Source of the DNA: Stramenopiles sp. TOSAG23-6
Lineage: Eukaryota
Assembly (NCBI GenBank): GCA_900128565.1
Contig: LT635936.1
Span: 1-39,882 of the forward strand
Length of the DNA: 39,882 bases
Direction of reading: 5' to 3'
The notes beneath the pieces were generated by a model. It searched no databases. It worked only from the letters and a program-made list of their open reading frames with translations, and was not told the origin of the DNA. Of the stretch, positions 1 through 11,797 are shown one piece after another (the stretch's first letter is position 1; each line of letters begins with the position of its first letter). Position numbers and translations under genes: made by a program.

Positions 1-54
1 TTTGTACCTAACAAATTTTAGTTTTTTTTTTTGAAATATTTTTCCAAAATACAT
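1..54 (+). other. 3' part of a family intron, truncated by the window edge; probable non-canonical 3' end (...AATACAT)
   Basis: TTTGTACCTAAC (1-12) is the family core. TTTTTTGAAATATTTTTCCAAAATA is identical to the 3' end of intron 13201-13292, but it is followed by CAT rather than G. No AG follows until about 78-79, inside the conserved STGG motif. The exact end (52 or 54) is uncertain. Confidence 0.6.
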
Positions 55-1380
55 GGGCCTGTGATGGCATCTACCGGAGGACCCAATACACTAGTCTCTA
101 CTTCTTTAACACCCGAAGTTTCGGATGCTATACGAATGTCTGCAACTATTGAAAATTCAGGACAATGCACTGCTCTTCGTCATGCAGTGGTTCCGTGTAC
201 TTTAGATGAAGCTCACTCCATTTTTGATGGATGTGTAACACTCTCCTCGCCTAATGAAGCTTTGAAAAAAGGTGAATTTGCTGCGATTTATGACTTTGCT
301 TCAGATGTTATGAAATTAGAGAAAGGTTACAAAACTCATTTAGAAAATTCAAATGTTGCGTTAAAACATTCAAAGAATCTTCCTGGTTATGGTATTGAAG
401 AACACTGGCGGAATGTTTACGCAGATGTGACGTCACCAACTGAAAATATAAAATCGGGCAAATTTATATCAAAACTTTCCCGATGGCTTGTAGAAAATCA
501 ACCGATCACTTTAGCTATCAATGATGAAGAAAATAACTATACCCTTTCAAAACAATTATTTGAACAAACAGGACAGGTAGTTTACACTGTTGGTACAATA
601 CATAATCCAGCACTAACTTGTCAGGCTCGTCCACAAGATTCTGAAATATTTGGTGAATTTCCTGTCCGTCGAGATCTCTCACAATTTACGAAATATCCAG
701 TTATTGTACCATCATCAACTCCATCATACAATTCCACATACAATAAAAAATGGCTGAGTAAAATGGGTGGCTCTGGTCCAAGTGGTTTATTTGAATGGAA
801 AGCAAATGTAGCGCAATCTGCGATACACTTAATAGAATCAGTAAAATCTCAAGAAACAAAAGGATTCATGCGTGTAGTTCATGAATATTTATCTGATGCT
901 TTATTTGAGAATCCTAAATTAGGCCGAGGAGTCCGTACAACTTTATATGGATTACAAACGACACCTTTAAATGGTCAACTCAATTTCATTCGCTGTGATG
1001 AAAAAATGTCATTTGATGACCTTGCACCTTATGTTTGGCCGTTTTTTTTAACTTCTGCTCTACCTTTGCTCAAAGTATCTCTTTCACCATCTAATCAAAA
1101 GATAGCAGATGTACTTAAAACGCATGGTGTGAATACTATCATTGAATCCGCTGAGTCATTTACTGTTACCGCAAACGATGCTTTTAACATCACTTACCCA
1201 GAATTGTTTACAAGACGCAAAGAATGGCCACTCGCAGGTCAATTTATTTCACTTTATTTTTGTTGTGGTCACATCAAATCCACACATGATACTAAAGGTG
1301 GAAACGCCCCAGACAAAAAATTTATAGATGCTTTTGTTTCATCCAAAAAATGGCTTTCTATGAGAACTTTATCTGTTTAA
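55..1380 (+). CDS. Aldehyde dehydrogenase-superfamily protein (PutA/P5C-dehydrogenase-like C-terminal region), last exon; gene is 5'-partial
   Basis: ASTGGPNTLV resembles ETGGxNA and SATIENSGQCTALR resembles SAFxxAGQRCSALR. The ORF start at 31 lies in intron sequence. Confidence 0.65.
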   Translation, partial: GPVMASTGGPNTLVSTSLTPEVSDAIRMSATIENSGQCTALRHAVVPCTLDEAHSIFDGCVTLSSPNEALKKGEFAAIYDFASDVMKLEKGYKTHLENSNVALKHSKNLPGYGIEEHWRNVYADVTSPTENIKSGKFISKLSRWLVENQPITLAINDEENNYTLSKQLFEQTGQVVYTVGTIHNPALTCQARPQDSEIFGEFPVRRDLSQFTKYPVIVPSSTPSYNSTYNKKWLSKMGGSGPSGLFEWKANVAQSAIHLIESVKSQETKGFMRVVHEYLSDALFENPKLGRGVRTTLYGLQTTPLNGQLNFIRCDEKMSFDDLAPYVWPFFLTSALPLLKVSLSPSNQKIADVLKTHGVNTIIESAESFTVTANDAFNITYPELFTRRKEWPLAGQFISLYFCCGHIKSTHDTKGGNAPDKKFIDAFVSSKKWLSMRTLSV

Positions 1381-1547
1381 TACTATTTTCATACTATTTT
1401 TGTAAATAAAAAACGAAATCACCAAAATGATGTGAGGTTGAAAACTTGATATATTTATTTACTATAATCCAAACTATATAAATTATAAATTGTATGAATG
1501 CTCCATATTTCGTTCTGTAAAAAGTTGTGAAATTTTAAAAACTTTGT

Positions 1548-1868
1548 TCAACCGTGTTGGAACACCAAAACACCAACACTACCGACAAAAAAATATATTG
1601 TTTTTGCTTTTTCAGCCGTAATAAAAGATCCAAATGATTTCCCTACAGCAACATGCCAAGTTCCTTGATATTTTTCATCAAATGCTGTTTTTATCAACTT
1701 TGCACAACCTTGGTAGAATTGAACTTCACCCTTTTCTTGTTGTTGCAATACTTTCTGAGCTAAACTGACTGCAAATGTAGCATATTCTTCTTGTGCATCG
1801 ATGAGAATTCGTCGAACCTTTGCATTATATAAAGCACTTTCATCTGACTTTTTTAAAACTTCTGGCAT
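1548..1868 (-). CDS. Dynein light chain, LC8/DNAL4 family
   Basis: AKLIKTAFDEKYQGTWHVAVGKSFGSFIT...IYFFVG matches the LC8 family signature; 106 aa. Confidence 0.9.
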   Translation of the reverse strand: MPEVLKKSDESALYNAKVRRILIDAQEEYATFAVSLAQKVLQQQEKGEVQFYQGCAKLIKTAFDEKYQGTWHVAVGKSFGSFITAEKAKTIYFFVGSVGVLVFQHG

Positions 1869-2278
1869 TCTAAGATATTCTGTAAAGGGTGTTTTAATTT
1901 ACCTTCTTAATGATGCTTCCTAATGTGAACTTTTTTTTTCTCCCGAGACACTTTGAATATCAGAATTCAGATTTAGATTATTGTGAGGTGTATCCTCATT
2001 CCTCAAATTATAGAATGTAACGAACAAATAGATTTCGTGTTTTGAAAAAACATTTGAAGCATAATTTGAAATTTGCCAATCAAATCTAAATCGGCAATGA
2101 TGACATTGTTTGATGTCTCTCTCTTGAGAGTCTCTCTTGACTTGCATCATGTTATAGTAATAGTCTTTTACATTGACGACTCTTTGTATTTGTATTTGAA
2201 TANTTTTTACAACATTCGTTCCCATTACATTTTAGACATTTGACATCACATAAGAACACTTTGTAGTGGTAGAACGAT

Positions 2279-4962
2279 ATGAGCATGAATAATGCTGACC
2301 ATATACCTGTTCAGCGACAATTTAGCGAGCAAGGTTATGAAAACAGCAGTGAAAGTAAAGGAAAAAGCTTCTCAATAGTCAAACCTAAAAATGACCGTGT
2401 GTCGGCAAAATTAAGAGATGCTTCTACGAGAGGGAGAATTGAAAAGAATCTTCAACCTGCAACATCATTTAAATTACTTGAACCTAAATCGTCCCGTGAT
2501 CGTTTGCGTAACAAAAACCGAAGTTTATCTGAAAATGGCGACGTATATTTAGACTATTTGACTCTGAACTTCGTTGATGGTTCCATAAGCGGAATGGCAA
2601 GTCTTTATATTACAGAAATAGAATTAAAATATAGGCAATCTCATGCATATAACTATGCGAGTACTTTTGCGTGGGTGTATGGCGCACTTGCTGTCTGGCA
2701 ACTTCTATATATAATTCTTGGTTTACTTATTATTTTCCAGGGAGAAGTTCATAATGAATGTTATTCCAGGAATATTTATAGCGTATTATTTTCATTTTCT
2801 GCCTGTTTAGCATTCTTAGCGACTGGTTTAACTTTAAAAATACAACCCCAAAATTTGTTTTCCTTTGGGAAAATGGGGGAAAGTACTCGATTACAATATT
2901 TTATCAGTGTCATGTGGATCTTTGTGACAGTAGGGTACAGAATCACATCAATGGAACTTCTTTGCGGTGGTGACGGAACTCCTAACAATGGTATTCGTGC
3001 AGGTGATATTCTTATGGTTGGATTGGGACAACAGAATATTATGTACTTACTCATGTACGTTTTCATCATTTATTATTCAATTTCAAAAAAAAAACATTTC
3101 ATACCAAATTTTGTACTAACAAATTCCAAATTTGACATATTTTTCACCAAAACATGGGCAGTTTATGCTCTGGTTTGCGGTCACCATTTGTGCTTGTCAC
3201 TTTGTGCACAATCAATTCGCTTAGTTGGTTGGAGAGTCTTTACTTTGCTTATCGACCAATGAATGATTATGATGTTATGAATTCAATAGACTCTATCCAT
3301 AACTCTCAGTTGTTACCCGTTTCTTCAACCAATAGAATTGTGCACAGCTTTGATTCTACAGAAATAAGGCAAAGTATTATCAATCTTGGAGTGGTATTAA
3401 TGGCATCATTGATGTGTTATTATATGGTTCGAAAACTTGACCAAATGAAAAGAAGTTCATTTCTCACTTTATGGCAATTGAGGGAAGCAAATGTACGTCA
3501 TGAATTTAAAATTTATTTGTTTTGTACGAAATTTTGTGCCAAAGGATTTCTTTTTGAGTTTTGATGGTGTATATTTAATCTAAATCATGAATGTAAAGTC
3601 ATTCCATAACGAATTCCTAATTGGATATATTTTTTCAAAACAAATATCGATGCTGATATACAAATAAATCCATTTGCAACGCCAAACTTACGAGCATGGT
3701 TAAGTGGTCGATCTAGTTTCCGTTTTTCGCACAATTCAAGTGAAAGAGCCTCTAGAATTGAAGCAAATAGACAATCTAGAAATTTAAGTAAATCTGGTTC
3801 CATACGTACAAATTTACGAAATTCACTTATTGATAATTCTCAATATTCTGAGAGAGGCTATAACGAAAGTAAAGATGGTACAAATAACTACAAGCTAATA
3901 TGGGATATTGAGAATAGTGGAAAATCATTAAACGACGATTCGTTTCAAAACAGAAATAAACAAATAGAAAAAAGCCGAGAATGGATGCTCCGACAACGGC
4001 AGAGACCGTCATTCAGAGGTGCAGTTCAAATCGATCACCAATGGCAAATAGAGTTTTCACGGTTAAATATTTTAGAAAAGGTTGCTTCAGGTGCTTCAGG
4101 TCAAGTATTTAAAGCAGAGTATCTAGGTGTTCCTTTAGCCGTAAAGCAAATCTTTTCCACAATGATTTCAGAAGATCTTGATGAATTTTCTCGCGAACTC
4201 TCACTCCTAGCAAAAGTTGACCGACATCCAAATGTTGTACGACTTATGGGCATAGCAAAGGAGAAACCAAAACAAAAATTACCACCTTCGTTATACATTT
4301 GTATGGAATGGGTTAATGAGAACATGGAAAAGTTATTGGAAGATTCAAAGCGAGCTCCGAAAGATCTCTCTCAAGTCAATGACCTTAAGATTGTACTGCG
4401 ATTAGCACAACAGGTTTGTGCTGCAATGGTTCATTTACATCGTCAACGATGTCTTCATCGTGATCTCAAACCAGCAAATGTGTTAATTACACCTGAAATG
4501 CATGTTAAAGTTTGTGATTTTGGTGTGTCAAATTTGGGCTCAAATATTTTCAGAAAGTCAAAAGGTAAACGAATGCAACTTGCTAGTGGTGTTGGAACGC
4601 CTGGTTATATGGCTCCAGAAATGTACAGTGCTGAGCCTGTCGTTGGCTTTGAAGCCAATGCAAAGGTAGATGTGTTTGCATTTGGAGTACTATTAGCCTC
4701 TTTATGTACCTCAAACCGACCATATGGCAATGAGATCTCAGAACTTTCCCAATGGTGGTCAATTGATCGCTGGACAGTAGCAATGCAAAATGAAGGTTTA
4801 GTACCATATCTCGAGCCTTCCTGCAAAGTACCCAAGCAATTAGCTGATTTAATAGGTCAGTGTTGTGATTTTGATCCGCTTAGTAGACCTTCTTTCAAAC
4901 GTATTTCGTCATATCTTGCTAGAATAAGTAAAACAAGTCTTCCTCGGGAAACACTCGAATGA
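2279..4962 (+). CDS. Multi-pass membrane protein with C-terminal TKL-type protein kinase; join(2279..3054,3156..3492,3646..4962), 809 aa
   Basis: Several hydrophobic helices in exons 1-2. Frame is open from 3610 to 4962. Kinase motifs ASGASGQV, LAVK, HRDLKPAN, CDFG, GTPGYMAPE and DVFAFG are present. Joined length 2430 nt is in frame. Confidence 0.8.
3055..3155 (+). other. Family intron, 101 nt, GTACGT...AACAT (in-frame AG alternative ends at 3161)
   Basis: Explains the frame shift between ORFs 2279 and 3154. Core ATACCAAATTTTGTACTAAC ends at 3120. CATG is repeated at both junctions. Confidence 0.75.
3493..3645 (+). other. Family intron, 153 nt, GTACGT...CAAAT
   Basis: Contains in-frame stops. 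Core GTACGAAATTTTGTGCC near 3524-3540; CATAAC ends at 3610. For the phase-0 donor, the first frame-compatible AG is the GAG at 3850-3852. CAAAT is repeated at both junctions. Confidence 0.7.
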
Positions 4963-5166
4963 GCAAGTATAATTGAACTTTGAGTAAAGAAACATAACTT
5001 TGCTCATCTGAAGTTTGTCAGTGAAAAACAATTCTTTTAATATACTATTACTATAAACTATTTCTGCAAGTGTTTTTATTTTACAAACCAAAGAATGGGT
5101 TTTCAAAAAAGAGTACTCTTAATAAACTTTGGTGGGGATAGTTTTCTCATATATTTGAAGACCATA

Positions 5167-7458
5167 TTAAAATCCAACAAATTCAGGATTTTTTATGTCT
5201 ACCGCCATCGTTTCTTCTCGGGTAAACTCACCTGTGATCATAGGGTTGTATTCAGATCCCATACTTTGAGTCATACGTACACTCGATTTTGTAAAAGCCG
5301 GTGGTTTATTGAAGGGTAAATTGTATTTTTTACTCTCCACTTTTTGCCAGATGATACCATCGAAATATTCATGCATTCTCAAGTCATCAAATCCGCCACT
5401 CATCATTCCTAAGCGGAGAGCAGGGTTTTTGTTGAGTAATGCAGTCACAAAACCATGAGTTGCTTTACCTTCAACGTTCGGGTGGAATGAAAGTGTTTTG
5501 TTACAATGTACAATTCGTGAAAACATAGTCATTTGATCTTCAGAAACAAATGGAGTTTGGTGGTGAATTAACTCATACGCTATAATCCCCAGTGCCCAAT
5601 AATCAACTGCTTTATTGTGACCAGTGGCAAGAATTATTTCTGGTGCCAGATATTCGGGTGTTCCAACAAGCGTGCTAGTTTTTGTTCCAGGTTTTATGCG
5701 CTTAGCAAAACCAAAATCAACGAGCTTTATGTATCCATCTTTGCAGAGTAAAATATTTTCAAGTTTTATATCACGGTGTGCAAAGCCTGCTTCGTGGACT
5801 CTCTTTAGCGCAGATGTCAAAATGGTGACATACACTCGCGCCATACTTGATTGTAAACCCCCAAGCGAAGTTCTTGGAAGATTTTTAGATGCATACATCA
5901 AGTGCCACATATCACCACCAGCAATGTATTCGGTGATAAAGTACAAGGTCTTTTCGTCTTGCCAGGTTCCGAGGAGATCCATGATAAAAGTGGATCCCTT
6001 GAAGCAAATCAGTGCATCTCTCTCACGTGTAATGTTTTCTTCCTGATTTGTATCAAGTAGATGTGATTTATGAATAGCTTTTACAGCCACGTAGTTGCCG
6101 GTAGCTTTATGAGTAGCTAAATACACGTTACCATAAGTACCTGCACCAAGCTGTCCTTCACATTTATAATCTTTGAGTGATATGCGAATATCACACTGGT
6201 CGGGACTTTGTTCTGTCGCAATTATTTCACTGGTATTTGGTACTGCATTAATTAGTTCTTTCTTGAGTTTTACCAGTTTTTCATTGTGTGCTTCAATATG
6301 AGCTGCTTGTTTTGCTCTGTTCTGCTCCTCCCGCTCTATAACAGATTGTTCGATGACTTCTTGAGGCAGTAACTTAACAAAATCATCTGCTGTCAGCTGG
6401 AGGCAAACTACTGTAGTTGAAATTACGGTCACGGTTGCCATTCGTTTTGAAATTTTGTTGTCTTTAGACAGTAATGCCATCTCCCCGAAATGATCTCCTT
6501 TTCGTAATGTGGCCACGGGTACAGTACTTTTGCGGCGACTAATATTCTTCGGGGAACATTTTTTATCATAAGAGTTTTCTTGAGGTGTCGTCTTCGTATT
6601 ACGGCGGTCTGTTGAATCTGGAGAAACTTTTTCCCGTTTCCGACGAGAAAGTATGTTTGTCAACTTAGATTTCATATTTGTTCTTTGAGTTGCATCACCA
6701 TCAAGGTCGTTATTTTCATCATAGTTACAACGAGTAGAATCTTGTGCAACTGAACAGACACCATCAAACACTATGTAGAAAGAATCACCAGCATCACCCT
6801 CTGTAATAATTTTTGTCCCTTGCTTGAACTTCTTTTCAACCATGACATCAGTCAACGCAATCAATTGTAAGTGTGAGAGACTTGAGAGTAGAGTAACTTG
6901 CTTTAAAAACCCTAGAATCTCTACCTGGCGGGATGATGCACACTGATGCATCAAGGAGCGAAATATGGATCTTGTCATTACCCAAACTGTTCCAGGCAAT
7001 GAACAAATTACACTTGCAGTCCGTGGTAACTTTGCGTTGATCAAACCTGTTTCGCCAAAAGCAAATGGTGCACCAATTACACGTTCATCGTCGCCATCAT
7101 CACCTACCCTAATATTGACTTCACCTGATTCGAGCATGAAAAATTCCTCATTATGGGTTTCATCTTTTTGGATTAAGACGTCACCTTTATTTATATCTCT
7201 TTTGAACATTGCATCAATCATAGATCTAAGCTGATACAATTCAATTGCACGAAACAGAACGTGTTTACGCAAAGTTTCTAAAATGATTTCTTTCGTCTTT
7301 GAACTTTTCTCACCAGTAGACGTTGAACTTTCATTGACTTCATCTGAAGCACAATATATATTCTCGCGTGGACAAATTTCAGTCGCTGGCTTTTGCAACT
7401 TGATCGAAGCTCGGCTTTTCCTCGATGGTATATCGATTTTTTTTGCTGATTCCGTCAT
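5167..7458 (-). CDS. cGMP-dependent protein kinase-like (two cNMP-binding domains plus AGC kinase)
   Basis: FGETGL..PRTASV and FGEMAL..RMATV cNMP cassettes; GAGTYG, HRDIKLEN, DFG, GTPEYLAPE and DYWALG kinase motifs. First ATG at 7458. Confidence 0.9.
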   Translation of the reverse strand: MTESAKKIDIPSRKSRASIKLQKPATEICPRENIYCASDEVNESSTSTGEKSSKTKEIILETLRKHVLFRAIELYQLRSMIDAMFKRDINKGDVLIQKDETHNEEFFMLESGEVNIRVGDDGDDERVIGAPFAFGETGLINAKLPRTASVICSLPGTVWVMTRSIFRSLMHQCASSRQVEILGFLKQVTLLSSLSHLQLIALTDVMVEKKFKQGTKIITEGDAGDSFYIVFDGVCSVAQDSTRCNYDENNDLDGDATQRTNMKSKLTNILSRRKREKVSPDSTDRRNTKTTPQENSYDKKCSPKNISRRKSTVPVATLRKGDHFGEMALLSKDNKISKRMATVTVISTTVVCLQLTADDFVKLLPQEVIEQSVIEREEQNRAKQAAHIEAHNEKLVKLKKELINAVPNTSEIIATEQSPDQCDIRISLKDYKCEGQLGAGTYGNVYLATHKATGNYVAVKAIHKSHLLDTNQEENITRERDALICFKGSTFIMDLLGTWQDEKTLYFITEYIAGGDMWHLMYASKNLPRTSLGGLQSSMARVYVTILTSALKRVHEAGFAHRDIKLENILLCKDGYIKLVDFGFAKRIKPGTKTSTLVGTPEYLAPEIILATGHNKAVDYWALGIIAYELIHHQTPFVSEDQMTMFSRIVHCNKTLSFHPNVEGKATHGFVTALLNKNPALRLGMMSGGFDDLRMHEYFDGIIWQKVESKKYNLPFNKPPAFTKSSVRMTQSMGSEYNPMITGEFTREETMAVDIKNPEFVGF

Positions 7459-7783
7459 AGCGTTTACCAAGTATTATTTATTTAATTCTCTTCGAATAGG
7501 GAGTTTGTAATATTATTACTGGGTCGGAGATGAACTGAGTAAGCTTCATCGAAGCTTTAAACCCAAGGCATCTTCTTGACAAGTCCGGGTAAAAAAACAA
7601 AAAAAAAGTACTTTCTTCTTGAACAAACCTGTTTTTCAAATTGGCCTGGCCAACCATCAAGAAGGCAAGTCAGTCCCTAAAAATCATAAAAATCATAAGA
7701 GAAATTTATATTCTTGAATAACATTATTATTGGAGTTTGGAAGTCCGTGACGTTGTCAGGTGAATTGAGAAGTGAAAAAAAAC

Positions 7784-8593
7784 ATGTCAACGTCGTCAAA
7801 GATAAGTGGACAAACGTGTTATTTTTGCGGGAAAATTACACTTTCTGAAATGCGTTGTGGCGGTTGTCATATGGTTTGGTACTGCAATAAGACGTGTCAA
7901 AAAAAATCCTGGAAAGCTGGGCATAAGGAAGAGTGTGCCCAATTCAAGTCTCAAAAGAAATCTAAGGGAAAAGCACTACTGGATGCAAACGCTTATGACC
8001 GTCGGGGTGCACGGTATCTAGGAAAGAGGAAGTGGAAAAAAGCCGAAGCGGAGTTTAGAAAGGCTTTATCCATATTACCACCAAGAGTTGAAGGCGAGCC
8101 ATCCATATTTTTTGAAAATCGTGCCAAAGCTTTAAATAGTATCGCCTGTGCCTTAATACAACAGGGTCGAAAAACCGAAGCAGAGAAAACATTACGCCAG
8201 TCCTTGCAAGAGTGGCCTCAATATTATAAATCTTTGTTTGATTTGGCGCAATTATTCAAAATGAGGGGAGATATAGAAAGATGTTTTAGTACACTTAAAG
8301 AAGGGATTACAGTTGATTCAACATTTAAGCCTATGATCGATATGTTTTGTGGTATGGTATTTGAAGACGTTCAAACAAAAATGAAAACAGAACCTCAACG
8401 CGCCATAGAAGTTGCAAGAGATGCCGTGTCGTTACTTCCACAAAATGTAAAATTGCGAATGGTGTGTTCGACAGCCTTAACTATGAATATGCAATTCGAA
8501 GAAGCAAAGAATGAGATTGAAGTTGCCTTAACAATCGACCCGGGTAACCAGTCACTACTTTCAACACGGGCAAAACTTAACAAAATTATTTGA
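7784..8593 (+). CDS. MYND zinc finger plus TPR repeat protein
   Basis: CYFC...CGGC...YCNKTCQKKSWKAGHKEEC is a MYND finger; TPR-like helices follow (AEAEFRKAL, ALTIDPGN). First ATG at 7784. Confidence 0.85.
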   Translation: MSTSSKISGQTCYFCGKITLSEMRCGGCHMVWYCNKTCQKKSWKAGHKEECAQFKSQKKSKGKALLDANAYDRRGARYLGKRKWKKAEAEFRKALSILPPRVEGEPSIFFENRAKALNSIACALIQQGRKTEAEKTLRQSLQEWPQYYKSLFDLAQLFKMRGDIERCFSTLKEGITVDSTFKPMIDMFCGMVFEDVQTKMKTEPQRAIEVARDAVSLLPQNVKLRMVCSTALTMNMQFEEAKNEIEVALTIDPGNQSLLSTRAKLNKII

Positions 8594-8631
8594 AATTATT
8601 AAAGATATTATTTTGTCATATATTTTATTTG

Positions 8632-11438
8632 TTAGAAAAGCATTATCCACATTATTTGGTATACTATTGCAATCACACAGACAAACACTACTATCTTTCT
8701 ATGCTTCACCACGGTAGATCTGAGTAGAGAAGTTTGATGTGAAGATATCCAGCTTCCACAACGACCTAAACCATTTATAATAATAGTTTTGAATAAATTC
8801 CACAACCAATGAAGAGTCGTGTAACAAGCTTGCAGCATTGACTTTGATGGAACATTACTACCCACTTTTTTTAAGGTTCTAACAGATCCACAACATGGAC
8901 TAAATAAAGATCGCACGATAGAAAAGCAGGCATACATAAGTTTTATAAATGGACTGAGTGTAGATGACAAGATTTTCCATAAAATTGCACCGAGAGCAAT
9001 CGGAAACTGTGCTAATTGAGCTACCATATTATAGATCAACCGAATACCATGCCAAAGTACAATAAATAGACTATTTGAAGGGATAATAACAGCAAAAAGG
9101 GAAGTGATCCTTAAGACAAAAGTTTCTTCAAACCACTGGAACCATGAACCAAATAACCAAGTGAAAAAAACACGAACGATTTCAACTTTGGAAAATAAAT
9201 CATAAAGCCCAATAAACATCATACAAATAGATGCAACCCATACACCAACTACCATCAAAGTACGCATATATTGTGAAAAAATATTTCAAAAAAAAGTCGT
9301 TACGTACAAAATTTCGTACGAAAAAAAAACTTTGAAATTGAAAAAAAAAATAAAACATACATCCACCAACGGTAAAAAATACCATAACTATTAAGGAAAA
9401 TTGCCCAGCTTGGAAGACCTGACTCACATAACTGGGTAAGTTTATCGCTGCTAAGTACGAAATGTTTTACAACAGGGTGAACCAGAGGATCACGAAATCG
9501 AATTTGTACCATTTGATTAATAATTTTTTCCTTAACAGGTTCTTTCATTGAACTAAGAATTTCTTGTTGTTGTGTAGCTCCTGCAAATCTTCGGGAGGAC
9601 CATGCAACGACATGTAATATTGCTCTCTTTATCGCATTTAAAATTTTTCGTCTAACTCCTTCGTCTTGTAATAATTCCGCATTAATACGAAGTTTACTAC
9701 TACTAATTCTATGTTTTTTACGTCTCCGAATTGCCCTATTACCAATGTATTTTCCATGTGAATTTTTCCTTGCTTTATTTTTGAATTTCCTTTTCAATAA
9801 CTCATTACTCTTTAATCTATTATTTACAGAATTACTCGAAGATTCTTTCATACCTGAAGGATTTTTTGCATCACACGAAATATCCATTTCTATATTTGAA
9901 ACTAAAGATAGAGGTATATGACCTATAGAATCATCATTACTATCTATTCCTCTATTTGGTGTATGTGGAGACACACTTGATGATGAATCTTTCATTATTG
10001 GTGAAATTTTGTTTCCGTTATTTTCAGTTGGTGTTCTATCGAAATTGTTATTTTCTGCCAGAGATTTGGGACTTTGTACATTCGAATCTGTACTAAACGA
10101 ATTTCGAATTTGTTGAATACCCTTCCTTTTCTTTTCTGTTGAAGACTCTTCAAATGCAAATTCATTCTTTTGACTATCATTACGATTACTGCGATGAATA
10201 TTATTACCTGTGATATCATTCACTTCTTCATAAACACTTGGAGGAGTGAATGGAGAATTTGGTCGATTCGTACTCAAATCATTAGATGAATTTATATTGT
10301 GATTTTCTGATTCAGGGGATAGAGAAGTATATATGGAATGTTCTCTTTTCTTCGGTGGTTTTATCTTAGGTACTGGTACATCTTGTGTTTTTGGATTCCA
10401 ATGTCTCACTAATTCACCAGTTTCAATAATTATACTTCCCATCGAAGTTATTTCATTAGTATATTTAAAACCAAAAATTTTATCAACAGGAACGATAAAC
10501 AAAGTTTGTCCAATGTATGGGTGGAATGGTGATTCCTTGAGGTGCAATTTGAATGCTCTAAATATAAAAAAAATAACAACTGATCCAAAATATATCGAAA
10601 CTCGTATTGTTAAGTACATTACGACAAATACAGAAATAATGACTGACGACCAAGCAGGAAATATTGTAGTTAACCAATCGTCATCACTCAATTTTTCTGC
10701 ATAACGTACACTTATTATAACCTGCCCGTGTTTTCCTTTTTCGTCATCATTTGAATCATCTGGGGCTATTATTTCCATAGTAAGCTGTTGACCACCAGTG
10801 CTATTAAGTCTCCACAAGCCAACCTGAAATTCATCAATGGGTAGAATGTGTCGATCTAGAGACAAACCATACCAATCTTCACCGTGGCCAGTAGCTAACA
10901 AAAGTCGACTCAATAATTCAGGTCGCATAGAAGAAACTTGGTTGATGAGATCATCATATACGTCTTTTGGGCTAAATTGCTGTGTTCCTGGACTTCTAGG
11001 AGAAGTTGCCATCGAATCAATACTAAGGCGTCGACTGACACTTTTAGAACGACAAAACTGAGAAAGTTTCCGTATGCATTCAATATCAGCGTCTCGCTGA
11101 ATTGATGGATCACCTGCAGCTTCATACGCAAGCCAATCTGCAACTCTTTCACGAACGGCCGGAGAATTTGCCCAGTCAAAAGCCCAAGAAGCAGCCTTTG
11201 ACTTCAACACATCCAAATTACGGCCAGATAGCACTGGTGTGAAAGGATTATCATCATTGCTAAACTCATAGGGACTCGATTTAGACAAATCTGCGCTACG
11301 AGTGCTTGTATTTACATCAGAATTTGCATGTTTAGATCGATTTCTACGAGAAACGGGAGTTTTTACTGGAGTTGACGAAACGCCGTTCTCAGCTCGGTTA
11401 CGTTTTGAACTCAAACGTTTTAAAACGCCTTTGAGCAT
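8632..11438 (-). CDS. Conserved uncharacterised membrane protein; join(complement 9361..11438, 8632..9265), 903 aa
   Basis: Two ORFs are joined by a family intron, giving ESGLPSWAIFLNSYGIFYRWWMRTL...IGLYDLF. This resembles a motif I recall from uncharacterised plant proteins (GxPSWxIFxxSY..YRPWMRxL..IGFYDLY). Joined length 2712 nt is in frame. Confidence 0.7.
9266..9360 (-). other. Family intron, 95 nt, GTATGT...ATATAT
   Basis: Minus strand reads GGAT|GTATGTTTTATTT...TTCGTACGAAATTTTGTACGTAAC...TTGAAATATTTTTTCACAATATAT|GCGT. Splicing restores WWM-RTL. Confidence 0.8.
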
Positions 11439-11797
11439 CTTGAGAGCAGACAATTCCACAAAAGTTTTTACGAAGTTTCAGCTTTCAGTGAATGGTATTG
11501 ATAATTATCAAAAAGTAGATTGCAATGAGATTTGCATCATCAAAACATCCAAGAAACACCAAAGATCTTCAGTGAGATAGACTTCGAAATGATATTAATC
11601 CTACAAATTAAATTATAGGCGAGTTTTCAATTCGTATTTTTTTTATTTTTTCTTCGATTTGGGATTTCGTGTAAATACTACGATTAGGGTTTATTGATTG
11701 ATGTTTTCAAGAGTCAAGTATCATCAATAATATTATAATGACAGTGACATTGCTTTTTCTTAGCTTATTGTTTACATAGATTAGCTGGTTATTGTTA

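Noticed and set aside
1881-1902. Possible 23-nt GT-AG mini-intron upstream of the dynein light chain ATG (minus strand)
   Set aside because: No family core and no coding constraint to test it; may be chance.
1920-2225. 101-aa minus-strand ORF
   Set aside because: No recognisable motif; lies in the AT-rich divergent promoter region.
3053-3153. Reading the introns as classical U12 AT-AC introns
   Set aside because: No RTATCCTT donor or TCCTTAAC branch; the donors look U2-type (GTAY). Kept only as a register ambiguity.
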